Notes: a model not told the origin generated them from the letters alone. Positions 16,778 through 27,900 are shown, numbered from the stretch's first letter. The stretch: DNA of 57,709 bases from a virus (IMGVR_UViG_3300030107_000393:1-57709), one strand, 5' to 3'. Numbers and translations are program-made.

Positions 16778-16905
16778 AGGAGTGCTTGTCAACTTTAACA
16801 TTTAACTTAAAGAAAGGTCTCCTTTAATTATTGTTAGACAAAATGTAATAAAATTTCTACAAGCACTCTTTACGAGGGAGGTTTGCAGGGGTGCCAGCCT
16901 CCCTC
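16778..16905 (+). ncRNA. Candidate structured intergenic RNA
   Basis: GAGTGCTTGT/ACAAGCACTC long-range stem enclosing a TAACA..TTAAAG..CTTTAA..TGTTA hairpin, then a GAGGGAGGTT..AGCCTCCCTC hairpin. Confidence 0.4.
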
Positions 16906-16920
16906 ACCATAGGATTATTT

Positions 16921-17733
16921 ATGATTAAAAGCGCAGACGATTTAATTAAAGCCATTGACGATGGGTACAGACAAGAGCCTAAAGAAAAAGCAAGAGATTA
17001 TATAGGTGCATCTGGTATAGGAACTCAATGTGATGCTTACCAAGCATTCTCTTTGAGAGGTTTCCCCAATGATGTGGCAGAACCAAAGTTAAAAAGAATA
17101 TTTAAACTTGGTCACATACTAGAAGACATAGTTGTTAAAGATATAAAAGATAAAGCTGATGTAAGGGTCTGGGAAAAAGACGGACTTACTGGCAGACAGT
17201 ATACTTACGAACAGTTAGGTGGTCATGTAGTTTGCCACATGGACGGACACATAGAGACAGATGATGGTGTTCTAAGGGTATTAGAAATAAAATCAATGAA
17301 CGATGCAAACTTTAAAAAGTTTATGAAAGACGGAGTTCGTATTTCTCACCCTAAATATTTCTCACAGTTACAAATGATGATGGCATTATCTGGTTTTAAA
17401 GAAAGTTTTTTTATTGCTATCAGTAAGAACACTAGCGAATACCATGCTGAGATAGTTAAATGGGACGACTTCGAGATAGCATTTATAAAGAAAAGAATAG
17501 AAGACGTTATTGAAAACAAAGCAAAGAAACTTGCGACAGACGAAACAGATTGGAGATGCAGAGGTTGTTTTAAAAAATCTGTTTGTTGGCACAATGCACC
17601 AGTTCCAGTAGCTTGTAACACTTGCCAGTTTGCAGAAGCTAACCATCAAGGTACTTGGACTTGCAAGAAAACAAACTCGGAAGCAACAAAAGTTTGCTCC
17701 TCTTACCAAGTATATAAACCTATAGAGAAATAA
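16921..17733 (+). CDS. PD-(D/E)xK exonuclease with Cys clusters (Cas4-like)
   Basis: YIGASGIGTQC, GHILE, HMDG, LEIKS, YFSQLQ, CRGCFKKSVC. Confidence 0.85.
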   Translation: MIKSADDLIKAIDDGYRQEPKEKARDYIGASGIGTQCDAYQAFSLRGFPNDVAEPKLKRIFKLGHILEDIVVKDIKDKADVRVWEKDGLTGRQYTYEQLGGHVVCHMDGHIETDDGVLRVLEIKSMNDANFKKFMKDGVRISHPKYFSQLQMMMALSGFKESFFIAISKNTSEYHAEIVKWDDFEIAFIKKRIEDVIENKAKKLATDETDWRCRGCFKKSVCWHNAPVPVACNTCQFAEANHQGTWTCKKTNSEATKVCSSYQVYKPIEK

Positions 17734-17735
17734 AC

Positions 17736-17999
17736 ATGAAACGAGATAAGATATTACAAAAAGCAGGAAAGCTTATAGCCAAAGACAGAGCCAAGATATA
17801 TGGCGATGCATTGGCAAACCATAAAAGAATAGCAAAGTTGTGGTCTGTTTTATTGGAGAAAGATGTAGCACCACAAGATGTTTACAAGTGCATGATTGCT
17901 GTAAAGTTGGCACGTCTAATTGAAACACCCAAGCATTTAGACAGTGTTATAGATATAATTGGGTATGGTGCTTTATATGGAGAGATAGCAGATGACTAA
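17736..17999 (+). CDS. DUF6378-like protein
   Basis: DRAKIYGD...RIAKLWS...VKLARL...DSVIDIIGYGAL. Confidence 0.8.
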   Translation: MKRDKILQKAGKLIAKDRAKIYGDALANHKRIAKLWSVLLEKDVAPQDVYKCMIAVKLARLIETPKHLDSVIDIIGYGALYGEIADD

Positions 18000-18207
18000 T
18001 CCGAGATACACAGATGATTTTATTGCTCAAGTAAAACTATGGCATAGAGAAATGCAGAGCAGAAAGAAGAAACCTAACGACAAAAACCACACAATACAAG
18101 ACACAGCTAACAGATTTACATTAAGTTTTAACCAAGCAAAACGTGTGCTTTATACAATGAAAACTAAAAACCCTTTGTCTGAATACAAAGAACCTTACTA
18201 TGATTGA
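17992..18207 (+). CDS. Hypothetical protein (71 aa), possible HTH
   Basis: GGAG RBS; TIQDTANRFTLSFNQAKRVLY. Confidence 0.65.
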   Translation: MTNPRYTDDFIAQVKLWHREMQSRKKKPNDKNHTIQDTANRFTLSFNQAKRVLYTMKTKNPLSEYKEPYYD

Positions 18208-19288
18208 TATTCACATTGGTGATTGTAGAGAGGTTTTAAAAACTTTACCTAGCAAATCTGTGAACTGTTGTGTTACCTCACCCCCATACTGGGGGTTGAG
18301 GGATTATCAAACTGGTACATGGGAAGGTGGCGACCCTAACTGTCCTCACATGAGAACTACAAAAATATCTAAGGATACTGTTACTGGACATAAAGCCATG
18401 CATGAACAAGGTAATGTTGTCGGTGACGCAATATACAGAAGTACATGTCCTAAGTGTGGTGCAGTAAGAAAAGACTCGCAGTTAGGATTAGAAGAAACAC
18501 CATCACAATTTGTGAATAATTTAGTGCAAGTCTTTCGTGAAGTTCACAGAGTGTTAAGAGATGATGGAACTCTCTGGTTAAATCTTGGAGACTCCTACTA
18601 CAATTATAGAGCAGACGGAAAGCAAGTAAAGCAGACAGTATCAAGTACAAGGCAAGACTTTCCAGAGTCAAGTCCACATAGAGCCAACAAGATAGACGGA
18701 CTAAAACAGAAAGACTTGATTGGTATACCTTGGAGAGTTGCGTTTGCACTGCAAGACGATGGTTGGTATCTAAGACAAGACATCATATGGCACAAGCCAA
18801 ACCCTATGCCAGAGAGTGTGAAAGATAGATGCACAAAGTCACACGAATATATATTTTTGTTTAGCAAGAATAAGAATTACTACTATGATAATGATTCAAT
18901 CAAAGAGAAAGCAACTGATTGGGGTACAAGAGACAGAACAGACGGCAAGTATCACAATGAAGGTACTGGTCTGCAACCACATAGTGGTCTTGAAAAATCA
19001 TACGAAACAAAGAACAAAAGGTCTGTATGGACAGTAACTACTAAGCCATATAGGGAAGCACACTTTGCTGTATTCCCAACAGAACTAATAGAACCATGCG
19101 TAAAAGCAGGGTGTCCAGAGGAGGGAACAGTCCTAGACCCTTTCGGAGGGTCTGGGACTACTGGACTTGTGGCAGACAGACTTGGTAGGAACGCCAAGAT
19201 TATTGAACTTAATAAAGATTATATAGAGATAGCCAACAATCGTGTAATGAATGACGCTCCGTTGTTCACAGACGTAAGTATTAGATAG
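18200..19288 (+). CDS. DNA methyltransferase, beta-class N4-C/N6-A
   Basis: Catalytic TSPPY precedes SAM-binding LDPFGGSGTT; HFAVFP. Confidence 0.92.
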   Translation: MIDIHIGDCREVLKTLPSKSVNCCVTSPPYWGLRDYQTGTWEGGDPNCPHMRTTKISKDTVTGHKAMHEQGNVVGDAIYRSTCPKCGAVRKDSQLGLEETPSQFVNNLVQVFREVHRVLRDDGTLWLNLGDSYYNYRADGKQVKQTVSSTRQDFPESSPHRANKIDGLKQKDLIGIPWRVAFALQDDGWYLRQDIIWHKPNPMPESVKDRCTKSHEYIFLFSKNKNYYYDNDSIKEKATDWGTRDRTDGKYHNEGTGLQPHSGLEKSYETKNKRSVWTVTTKPYREAHFAVFPTELIEPCVKAGCPEEGTVLDPFGGSGTTGLVADRLGRNAKIIELNKDYIEIANNRVMNDAPLFTDVSIR

Positions 19289-19721
19289 ACTTCATACGCT
19301 CAATTAAACGCTTCGCTCTGTTCGGAACTTGATGAAACCATTTTGACTGCTCCATCTGGACGCTGGCTTCGAACCAATCTCCGTCTTTCACAGCTTGTAT
19401 TTTCTTTTTGAATTTGCTGTAACGAGGAAATCCGAGATTAAACATCATATTTGCGCATACTCTTTTCGCTTGCTCTGGCATGGCGTCCCAATCATCATAG
19501 ACTTTCTTACAGTCATCAATGGTTATCTTGATGTCTTGGTCAAAAAGTTCATTCACTCTTTCTTCAGAGACTGATGTACCCAGTGGATTATCAAACTCTG
19601 GCTCGTCTTCACGGCAAAGGTGTCCCACCCCACATGTTTTTAAACCTAAATGGTCTAGGTATGTTTCATACTTTATACCTTCGTCTCTGGCTAATTCTTC
19701 ACGTAATAAATTTATGTTCAT
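19281..19721 (-). CDS. Endolysin, T4-like lysozyme (GH24)
   Basis: DEG..YLDHLGLKTCGVGH catalytic region; NMMFNLG; SKWFHQVPNRA. Confidence 0.92.
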   Translation of the reverse strand: MNINLLREELARDEGIKYETYLDHLGLKTCGVGHLCREDEPEFDNPLGTSVSEERVNELFDQDIKITIDDCKKVYDDWDAMPEQAKRVCANMMFNLGFPRYSKFKKKIQAVKDGDWFEASVQMEQSKWFHQVPNRAKRLIERMKSI

Positions 19722-20122
19722 TTTGAACTCCTTTTATTCATAATTTGTAGTCCTTGCTTACCGAACCTATATCCAAAACTGCTGCCTATCACTATATACA
19801 ACATGTTATGAAACCAATTTGGTGTGTGTTGGTCTAAAAATATAAAGCCTTCTTTAACATATTCTTGTGTCCAAGGCAGAAAACAGCAGGTTAATACTGC
19901 TATAAACCAAAGTGACCACGCTTCGTCTTTCCAACTTTCGCCCATCTGGTCTGTCAAAGACCTCTCATTAAGCATGGCAGACGTAGCTTCTGTCTCGTAA
20001 ACTTTCGCTTCGGCTTTGGCTCTAGCTACTTTGACTTCTGATTCTGCTTTTGACTTACTTACTTTACCTTCTAGCCAAGTCCCTGCAAGGGAGGCTATAG
20101 GTCCGAAAATAGTTTGTAACAT
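19718..20122 (-). CDS. Probable holin
   Basis: SWKDE motif, two hydrophobic segments, adjacent to lysozyme. Confidence 0.7.
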   Translation of the reverse strand: MLQTIFGPIASLAGTWLEGKVSKSKAESEVKVARAKAEAKVYETEATSAMLNERSLTDQMGESWKDEAWSLWFIAVLTCCFLPWTQEYVKEGFIFLDQHTPNWFHNMLYIVIGSSFGYRFGKQGLQIMNKRSSK

Positions 20123-20125
20123 TTT

Positions 20126-20323
20126 TTACCCCTTAATTTTTTTTGTAATCCATAGGAACATTGCATATACTGCCAATCCATATACAGTTGCTATGCCTAT
20201 ATCTACTAGATGTTCTCTCATATGGTAGATAAATTGAATGCCTGCTTCGACATCACTACCACCCTCACCAATGTTTATTGTCTTGGTTAGGGTTTCTACA
20301 TCACTGATTGTTTGTTCTATCAT
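20126..20323 (-). CDS. Small membrane protein (65 aa)
   Basis: C-terminal TM helix followed by KKIKG. Confidence 0.7.
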   Translation of the reverse strand: MIEQTISDVETLTKTINIGEGGSDVEAGIQFIYHMREHLVDIGIATVYGLAVYAMFLWITKKIKG

Positions 20324-20463
20324 GTCTGTTTAGTTTTTTTCTTGCTCGGTTTAACTGTATAGTTAGCGGCTCTGTTTATAACGCAAGGGCAATTAGCGTG
20401 TTGCATCTTGCCAGTTTTTGTTTTGTTTCCAATAACACGTACTTTTTTACCTATACTATGCAT
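20320..20463 (-). CDS. Small basic protein (47 aa)
   Basis: MHSIGKKVRVIGNK...NCPC...; ATGA overlap with the next gene. Confidence 0.55.
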   Translation of the reverse strand: MHSIGKKVRVIGNKTKTGKMQHANCPCVINRAANYTVKPSKKKTKQT

Positions 20464-20466
20464 GAC

Positions 20467-20724
20467 CTACCACTTCTTGCAAGACCAATATCTGGCAGTT
20501 AGCTTAGATGGTGGCTTGCTATCACATCTATGCCTTGCTCTAAAGTTTTTACGTCTGCCAGGTTGATTCTTTTTAATCTTCATATTCGCATCGCCAAAAC
20601 GTATAATCTTTTCTACACCATTAGCACATGCTTTAACTACAAACTTCTTGCCTCCAGAGACTTGTCTCCTCGGCTTGTTACATGGCATCTTTTTCTTGTT
20701 AAGTTTTGGTGCTTTCTTACCCAT
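20467..20724 (-). CDS. Basic Cys-containing protein (DUF6321-like)
   Basis: KIIRFGD...RRKNFRARHRC...ARYWSCKKW. Confidence 0.75.
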   Translation of the reverse strand: MGKKAPKLNKKKMPCNKPRRQVSGGKKFVVKACANGVEKIIRFGDANMKIKKNQPGRRKNFRARHRCDSKPPSKLTARYWSCKKW

Positions 20725-20942
20725 TACGCTGCCCTCTTCTTTTTCTTTTTCCAACTAATTCTTTTTGAACTCGTCTTCTTTTTAGCCGCAGACGTACATT
20801 GTGCTTTGGTTGGTCTGCAAGCAGGGTATGGTCTTTTTGAACTTTTTGCTGACTTCCTTCCACAAGGCTTGCCAGTTTTACAGTCTATCCAACCCTTACC
20901 TTTGTTTCTACTAAACCATTTATGTAAACTTTCTCCTGCCAT
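20724..20942 (-). CDS. Basic Cys-rich protein
   Basis: LHKWF...WIDCKTGKPCGR...YPACRP; TAATG coupling on both sides. Confidence 0.75.
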   Translation of the reverse strand: MAGESLHKWFSRNKGKGWIDCKTGKPCGRKSAKSSKRPYPACRPTKAQCTSAAKKKTSSKRISWKKKKKRAA

Positions 20943-21112
20943 TATGCTCTTTTCTTTTTCTTTTTCTTCTTACTGTTACCCCAGTTGGCTGCGCCTACTT
21001 TTCTACATTTTACTAAAGCACCAGACGCATAAGCTGAGGGCCAGACGGAATAACTTCTTTTGACCTTGTGATAACATGCGTCTTTCTTAGTTTTTGTTTT
21101 TGTTCTCGCCAT
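20942..21112 (-). CDS. Basic Cys-containing protein (56 aa)
   Basis: DACYHKVKRSYSVWPSAYASGALVKCRK motif; TAATG coupling. Confidence 0.72.
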   Translation of the reverse strand: MARTKTKTKKDACYHKVKRSYSVWPSAYASGALVKCRKVGAANWGNSKKKKKKKRA

Positions 21113-21257
21113 TGTCGCTTCTCTTTAAATATGGTTTGTCTTCATCATACACTAGAATAGCCTTTTCTTTGTCCGTTTTTTTAGAAAAAATTTCTTTATG
21201 CTCACGTCTAAACTTATCTATTCTAAGCCTAATATCTATTACTTTCTCAATAGCCAA
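21087..21257 (-). CDS. Hypothetical protein (56 aa, TTG start)
   Basis: Fills the gap between neighbours; MAIEKVIDIRLRIDKFRREHK. Confidence 0.45.
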   Translation of the reverse strand: MAIEKVIDIRLRIDKFRREHKEIFSKKTDKEKAILVYDEDKPYLKRSDNGENKNKN

Positions 21258-21388
21258 TCGAAAAAACTCTTTCTTTTCGCAGTTCCTTTAAGCCATTCTA
21301 CTATATCCCATAGCGTCTTCTTCTTGTCGCCTACAACTCTGGGTGTGTATACAGTAGTCTTCTTTGGTCTACCCCTTTTGTTTGTCAT
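21239..21388 (-). CDS. Small basic protein (49 aa) with AT-hook-like KRGRPK
   Basis: AAGGAG RBS; ATGA overlap with the upstream gene. Confidence 0.65.
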   Translation of the reverse strand: MTNKRGRPKKTTVYTPRVVGDKKKTLWDIVEWLKGTAKRKSFFDWLLRK

Positions 21389-21585
21389 TTCTTTTCTCCT
21401 TCTTTTTGTGGAACGGATTTAGGTACGCAATAAGCTTTGACCCAAATTTTGCTATCTCCTGCGAGCGATGGGTCAAGGTTTTGCGCTCTAATCTTTGCTG
21501 CAATTCTAAGACACGAATCCAAATCACTGAAGTAGACACTCTCTTGTACAGTTCCTGATAAAAATACTACTAAAAGCCATGTCAT
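21385..21585 (-). CDS. Small protein with hydrophobic N-terminus and two Cys (66 aa)
   Basis: MTWLLVVFL...F...C...AYCVP. Confidence 0.7.
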   Translation of the reverse strand: MTWLLVVFLSGTVQESVYFSDLDSCLRIAAKIRAQNLDPSLAGDSKIWVKAYCVPKSVPQKEGEKK

Positions 21586-21911
21586 TTACCATTTTCTTTC
21601 GACCTTGTAAAAGCAGTTGTTCCCATAAAGGTAGCAACTATACCTAAGTTTGCTATAACATACGTTGAAAGTAAAGCAGTAACCATCTCAACTCTTGAGT
21701 CTGGTATAACAGGAGACATGACTAATACTATTAATATGATAGACGAGATAGACGATACCCAACACAGCATACGCTGTTGGTCTTGCATCTTGTCAGAGTT
21801 CTCAAGACGTATCATATGCTCAGACTGTGCTAGTTCTTTGTCTGTAACCACACCATCACCATCTAAATCAAACTGTTCGTATTGACTGCCTTTTTGTAGC
21901 TTCTTACTCAT
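21582..21911 (-). CDS. Membrane protein with EF-hand-like loop
   Basis: DLDGDGVVTDKE then two TM helices. Confidence 0.72.
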   Translation of the reverse strand: MSKKLQKGSQYEQFDLDGDGVVTDKELAQSEHMIRLENSDKMQDQQRMLCWVSSISSIILIVLVMSPVIPDSRVEMVTALLSTYVIANLGIVATFMGTTAFTRSKENGK

Positions 21912-24900
21912 GCTCCCCAACCTGACTTCTGACCTTTAGAAACCCACTTAGCGTCTCCCCAACCAGTTTGAGCAGAGCCTTTTTTACCCTGTTCTCCTGC
22001 CATAGTATCAACAATACCTTCTCTAACATTTCTCATGCCACCAAGTATTGGTATTCTGGTTGCGAGTTCTCTCCATGCTGACCTTTCTTTAGCATTGCTG
22101 TTGTCTCCACCTACTATTGCGTCTTGTATTCCTGCTGCTCCTGTGATGGCTGCGTTTCCTAGACCATAAGAAGGACCGAGAAGTGAAGACCATATTCTGT
22201 TTTGACCATATGCACCATTGTCCATTTGAGAAGTAACTGAATGCATTACGTCTCCCAATAATCCAAAGCCACCCATTATCATCATACCTTCAAGATACCA
22301 ACCTAAGAAGTCGTTGTAATCTTCGCCATGTGTTTTTGAATCATAGCCAAGTGCTTTTGCTATGTTTCTTTTTCTTAGCTCTGGACTTGTACCATCTTCA
22401 CCACCACGAGACTGCACTATATCTTTCACAGATAGTGTCGCCATACCGAATGTAGGTCCGAGAAGTGCCATTGAAATCAATGGCTTTAGGTTTCCTTGAT
22501 TTGCTTCTTGCAGAACGTAGCCACCCATTCTTGACATCATAAGTGGGAAAGACTTCAACTGAAATACAAGCTGTCCTATAGGTGTCTGCGCCCATAATGG
22601 GACGTCATTTGGATTAGGTTGGAAAATACTTTCGTCTGCAAATTTAATGATAGCCATTCTTACTCTATCATCATTTAAAACATCTTCATCAGTTAAACTT
22701 GTATCTGCTTTGTTTTTCTTTGGTAAGTAATCTTCTAATCCATATCTTACTAAAAACCTATGTGCAGTTTTGTATTTTCCTGTTTGCTGTGAATATGGAA
22801 CGCCTACCTTGTGGTGTCTTGTTGCTTGTTGTTGCATAGCTTTTAATGCTTCTAATCCTGTAGCTCCTGCAATCTTTCTCTGCATGTCTGTCCAAGGAGT
22901 AAGTAATGTAGCACTAAAGAAAGCATGTGAAAGCTTATTGTCTGGCGCACCATACATATGAACCATTCTTTCATGCACAATGTTTTCCATTGCAACACCT
23001 ATATTATTAAGCATACGTCTGTAGTCTGGGTCAGTAGCCCATTTACCAACGCCACTAGCCCAACTTGAGAAAGAACCAGACCTTATAATTGGTAGCACTA
23101 TATCACCCAATGATGTGAGTGTGGTAAACCCAAGTAGCGTCACGTTGTTTACAGTTCTTATTAGCTTAGATGCTTCCATTAAAGACTTACTACCACTCAA
23201 TGGCTTCTTCATTGCTACTCTCATAGCATTGTCAATGAACTTTTCACTCTCGTATGCTATTGAGCCAGTTTGACCTTTGAAGTCATCTAACGCTCCTACG
23301 ATAGCATCAGCACGTCTTTTGTATGTAACGCTCATCTTAGGATATAAGTCATAGAGCATCTTCCTTGCTGCTGATGAGCCACTCTGTGCATGCACTCTAA
23401 TAAGTTCGTCTGCAAATTGTTTAGCACCAAACTCATTACCTTCAAACGGCATTCTAATTGTGTCAGTAAGAACTGATTCAACAATAGTTCCTTCTGCGTT
23501 CATGCCTCTAACATTCTTTTTAAATACTTTAGATGAAGAAAGTAGCTTAACAATACCATCTGCTCCTTGATTAGCAGTTAATAAGTAGTCACTGACAGCA
23601 TGTGTATTAACTCCCATCTTATCTGAATGCACCAATCTTCTTGTACTACCTTCAAGATACTTGACAAGTATTGCATCAAGGTCATTCTCTAAAAACTTTT
23701 CCATAGCATTCAGAGACTCTGGATAATCGCCAATGTTTAGAACTCTTGAGAAGTCTACGCTGTCATTGCCTGGGTTTTTAGAAAGACCACGTATGTCTTT
23801 GTGTGGCAGAAAGACGCCATCTTCTGCCGCATCTTCTGTTAATCTTAAATATATTTGCTCTGCAAATTTTTGTGCTTCTCCGTCTGCTGGCGTTTTACCT
23901 ATACTTGCCTGCTCCCTAACGTAATATTCATGCATTCCTTGTATAAACTCATCTTTATTCTTTCGAATAGCATTTTGATTCCATACTTGAGGAAGGTAAT
24001 TTTTTCTATATCCAACATGAAACCCAGATGCTTTTAATGCTCTACGTTCTGCATCAAATGTTTCTCTTATCTTATCAACCACAGCTTTTTCTTGTGGGTT
24101 AAGTGCTTGATATTGTCTGCTTTTTGTGTCACGTCTTAAAGCTCTTACTATTTTTCCATAGCTTTCTGGTTGACTTTGCATGACGCTACCTGTAGATTTT
24201 CTGAACCAACGTCTTAGGCTACCATCACTGTCTGGTAAGTCTCTCATTAAATTATTTATAGGCATGAACTTACCTGCAAACTTTTCAGATATTTCTGTAA
24301 AGTGGTTCTTGTACCAGTTGCCTAGCCATCTAGCACCTATTTTATTTAGTCTGTCTGATTGAGATTGAAACCATGTAGGAGCAGAAGAGTTTCTAATTAC
24401 TTCTACCTCTGCTTCGTTGTGTGGTCTTTTCTTAATCATTGAAGACGCAACACCTGTAAATGTTCTGGACTTTCCGTCTACTTCTAGCAGTTCTCCAAAC
24501 TTACCTGTAGGTATGTCGTCTACTTTTAGATTAGGTTCGTCTATCGCTGCCATAATAATAGAACCATTTGTACCTTCTGGTACACCACCACCTAATTCAA
24601 TATTAAATACTACACCAGATGTGCCGTCAAAATTCTTGGCTCTTACATGCTTTACTTGGTTAGGTTTAAATAAAACCACTCCTTCATGGTAAACTGCATT
24701 ACCTATTTTAATATCGTCAACGTCTGTAATTGTGTTGGTATGGCTTACAGTTAAACCATCATGTCCTAGTTCTTCAAACACATCTGTTAATGCATCTCTT
24801 GCTTCTGCTTTAGTAGATGAAAACTTATTCATCAACCTTCCAAAAGACTCATACAATTCAACGCCAGTTATAAACTCTAAGCCATAGAACTCTTCTTCCA

Positions 24901-27900
24901 TAGCTACGAAAGCATCTAATATGTCAGCGTCAGTTTCTCCTGCTTCTTTTAACTTAACGTAAATACCTTCTGATATTGTAGGAATAATCTTATCATCAAC
25001 AGCGTACCTTGTATTCTCTCTAAAATCTAATGGGTTTCTTAACTGAATGTAAGACGGCATTACATATGGCTCAAGAGTAATGCCTGACTTCTCAAGAATA
25101 TCAACCTTGCCTTTTTCAAGTGCAGTTAATTCTCTTAACTGGTCTTCTACAATAACTCTTTCTATAAAAGTTTGTATCTCAGTTGCATTGCCATTCTCAT
25201 CAGCGTCAGTAAACTTTGCATTCTGTCTTTTTAGTAATGATATTTTACCTCTGATTTGAGCTAATTCATAAGCAACATCTTCAAGCTCGTCTTTACCTTC
25301 GTCTGTTATTGGAAGCTTTTGAATCTGAAAATTAAGTGACTCTTTTGTTTGCTTTCTTGCGTAGCTTTCTTCAGCGACTACTGGATTTCTAGTTAGATAA
25401 ATACCTCTGCCATACAAAGAGTTTGATGAACTTAGGTTCATAACAGTACCAACGTCTGAACCATCAAGTGCTTTCTTATTTGGTGTGCCATGATAAAAGA
25501 TAACTGGTTCGCCAGTGCCAGTGTTATGACCAACTCCGTTTTTAGTGTAATCTACAATCTTTATTCTTTCTTCTGGCGTAGCATTTTTCCAAGCAGATTT
25601 GCCTGCGTCTGCTGCATGAGATGAATGAAACACGTCTTGGTCTTGAATTGGAAACTGTACGCCTCCTCTTCTATTTCTTACAAACATGTCTCCATACAAT
25701 CTTGTTAAGCCAAAGTAGCTTTTCTTAAAATCGTCATCTTTAACAAGACCATTCATAATGTATGCAACTTCTTCCATGTTTCTATGATAAATTTCAGATA
25801 AAGTGCCAAATACATCGCCTTCTGTATACCTTTGGTCTAGCTTAGAAGAAACACCTGTAAGCATTTCGTCTGCAAAATTCATAAGATGTCTTTCGTCTGC
25901 TGATGAGAATATTTTTTGAAAGTTACCTGCTAACCAATCAACCATTGCGTATTCATGTACAAGTTCGTCTGGCGCACCTTCTGATATAATGCTTGTGCCT
26001 CCACCTTTTTTATACGTATCCATAATTTTTTGCTGTTGCTTTGGTGATAATTGATTAAAAGCAAATGTAATTACATCTAATTCTTGTCTTGTCATAGATG
26101 CTCTTAAAGCCATGCCAGACAAGTATCTTACTGTCTCATCACCAGGCACTGAGTTAAGCTCTTGACCTATGCCTCTTGCAAATGTTCTAAGAATTGAAAA
26201 ATCACCACCTTGGAAGTCAGAAAATTCTTCTGTTCCTCTAGCTAAATAATCTCTACCTATTATTTTTGCTATGTCTCTTGATAATATTGGGTTAGCAAAC
26301 GTACCTTTTCTGGAAACTTTGCCTAATACATTTAACAATCTATATATAATTGTTCGAGACGCTAACTCTTTTTCTGGGTCACGATGTGTTACACGACTTA
26401 ATATATCCTTGACCATTGGTCTTGCATTGGCAGGTATGCCGTTAGACGTCTGTATTCCATTACTATCGTTTATTTCTATTTTAATCTTGTTATCTAACTT
26501 CTTAGACCTACCTATCATGCCAACATGCTTTGATGTATCCATGCCTTGCTTTTTAGCTTTTCTTTTGTCCATTCGTCTTTGCAATTCTCTTACTGCAAAG
26601 TCTCTTTCCTTTGTCATTCCCTTTGCGTTTGCATCATTCATAATGGCTTCAAGTTCAAACTTAGACATCTCAACATATTTACGTGGTATTGTCGTACCAA
26701 AAGATTTTTCTGGCATTGTAGAAGTTTTTAACTTCTTTATTATCTGTTCAGATATTTGTCTTCCATACTCTGTGCCAGCATGTTCACGTAACATCTTCTG
26801 TAAAACAGAAAGACTTTTTGTTGCTATCTCTCCTGCATTTCCTGTGTTTACTTTAGACTCTTTTCTTCTTGTCTTTTTATCTTTGAAATCTTTCTTTGCA
26901 GTTTCAATATCATTTTCAAAATCAGTTGCTTCTTTATTAAGTATTCTCTTTGTAGAATTAGATTTTTTACCTGCTCCTCTCTCAGATTTTTTCTTTGATA
27001 CTACTGCGTCTGGAGCTTCTGTATGAGTGCTACTCATAACTTTGTTTGTGTCTTCTACTTTTGCAAAGTTTCTTTCAAGGCTATCAAGAGCAAAATCAAA
27101 CATTCTGCTCATTGATGTTCTTTCTAAGTCTTTGATGTTTCCGTAATTATAACCAGTTACATTTCCGTCTGCGTCTCTTACTGCAAACCTATCTCCACCC
27201 TTGAAGTTCGGACCTTGATAGCCATGATGGAATAACTCTGTAAGATGCTCTGCAACAATCTCCATTTTAGCAGGGTCTATAATAGAAACTCCTGCGTTGC
27301 CTGCCTCAGTTGGGTTTCCTATTTCATTAGCTAACTCTACCCAATTTATATCTTCGCCTTTTGTATTTGCATTTTTAAATATTTCGTTTACGTCTTTAAG
27401 TCTTTCTTTAATAAGCCTTCTTGAATAAGGACTTAACATTTTAAAAGCACCAGACTTCTGTTTGTTGTAAACCATATTAGCCAATAGCCACATATCTTCT
27501 GTAAACATACTTACAAAAGTTTCTGGATTTGTAGTTCCTAATGGATATATCTCTGTCATCTCTTGCAATCTATGCAATACTTGGGATAGTTGCGTATGTT
27601 TTTCCAAAGCGGCTTTGCCTGCTGTAGTCTTTGGACTATGAGTACCCAAGCTTCTCTTTCCAATCTCTTCTTTGTTTGGAAGTATCTTTAAGAAAAATGG
27701 TTCTAATTCTGGGTCTATTGGTGTCTTGTAAAAAAATCTATCGAATGTTCCCTTGATATAACCAAGAGCTTTTTGCCAGAATGTTTCGTCTTTTATAACA
27801 AGCTTCTTGTCATTTCTTCCTGCCCAAGCGGCGAATTGATTTGCAAAGAACTCACCTGGCGCATCTAAAGAATTTGCAAAAGATGCAGTCTTTCCTTCTT

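Noticed and set aside
16921-17733. Cas4 as part of a CRISPR system
   Set aside because: No cas1/cas2 or array; context is a standard phage recombination module.
20530-21063. 177-aa plus-strand hydrophobic ORF
   Set aside because: Antisense shadow of Lys-rich minus-strand genes; no RBS.
26271-27026. 251-aa plus-strand ORF and similar antisense ORFs in the track
   Set aside because: They lie opposite long real genes, lack RBSs and show shadow composition.
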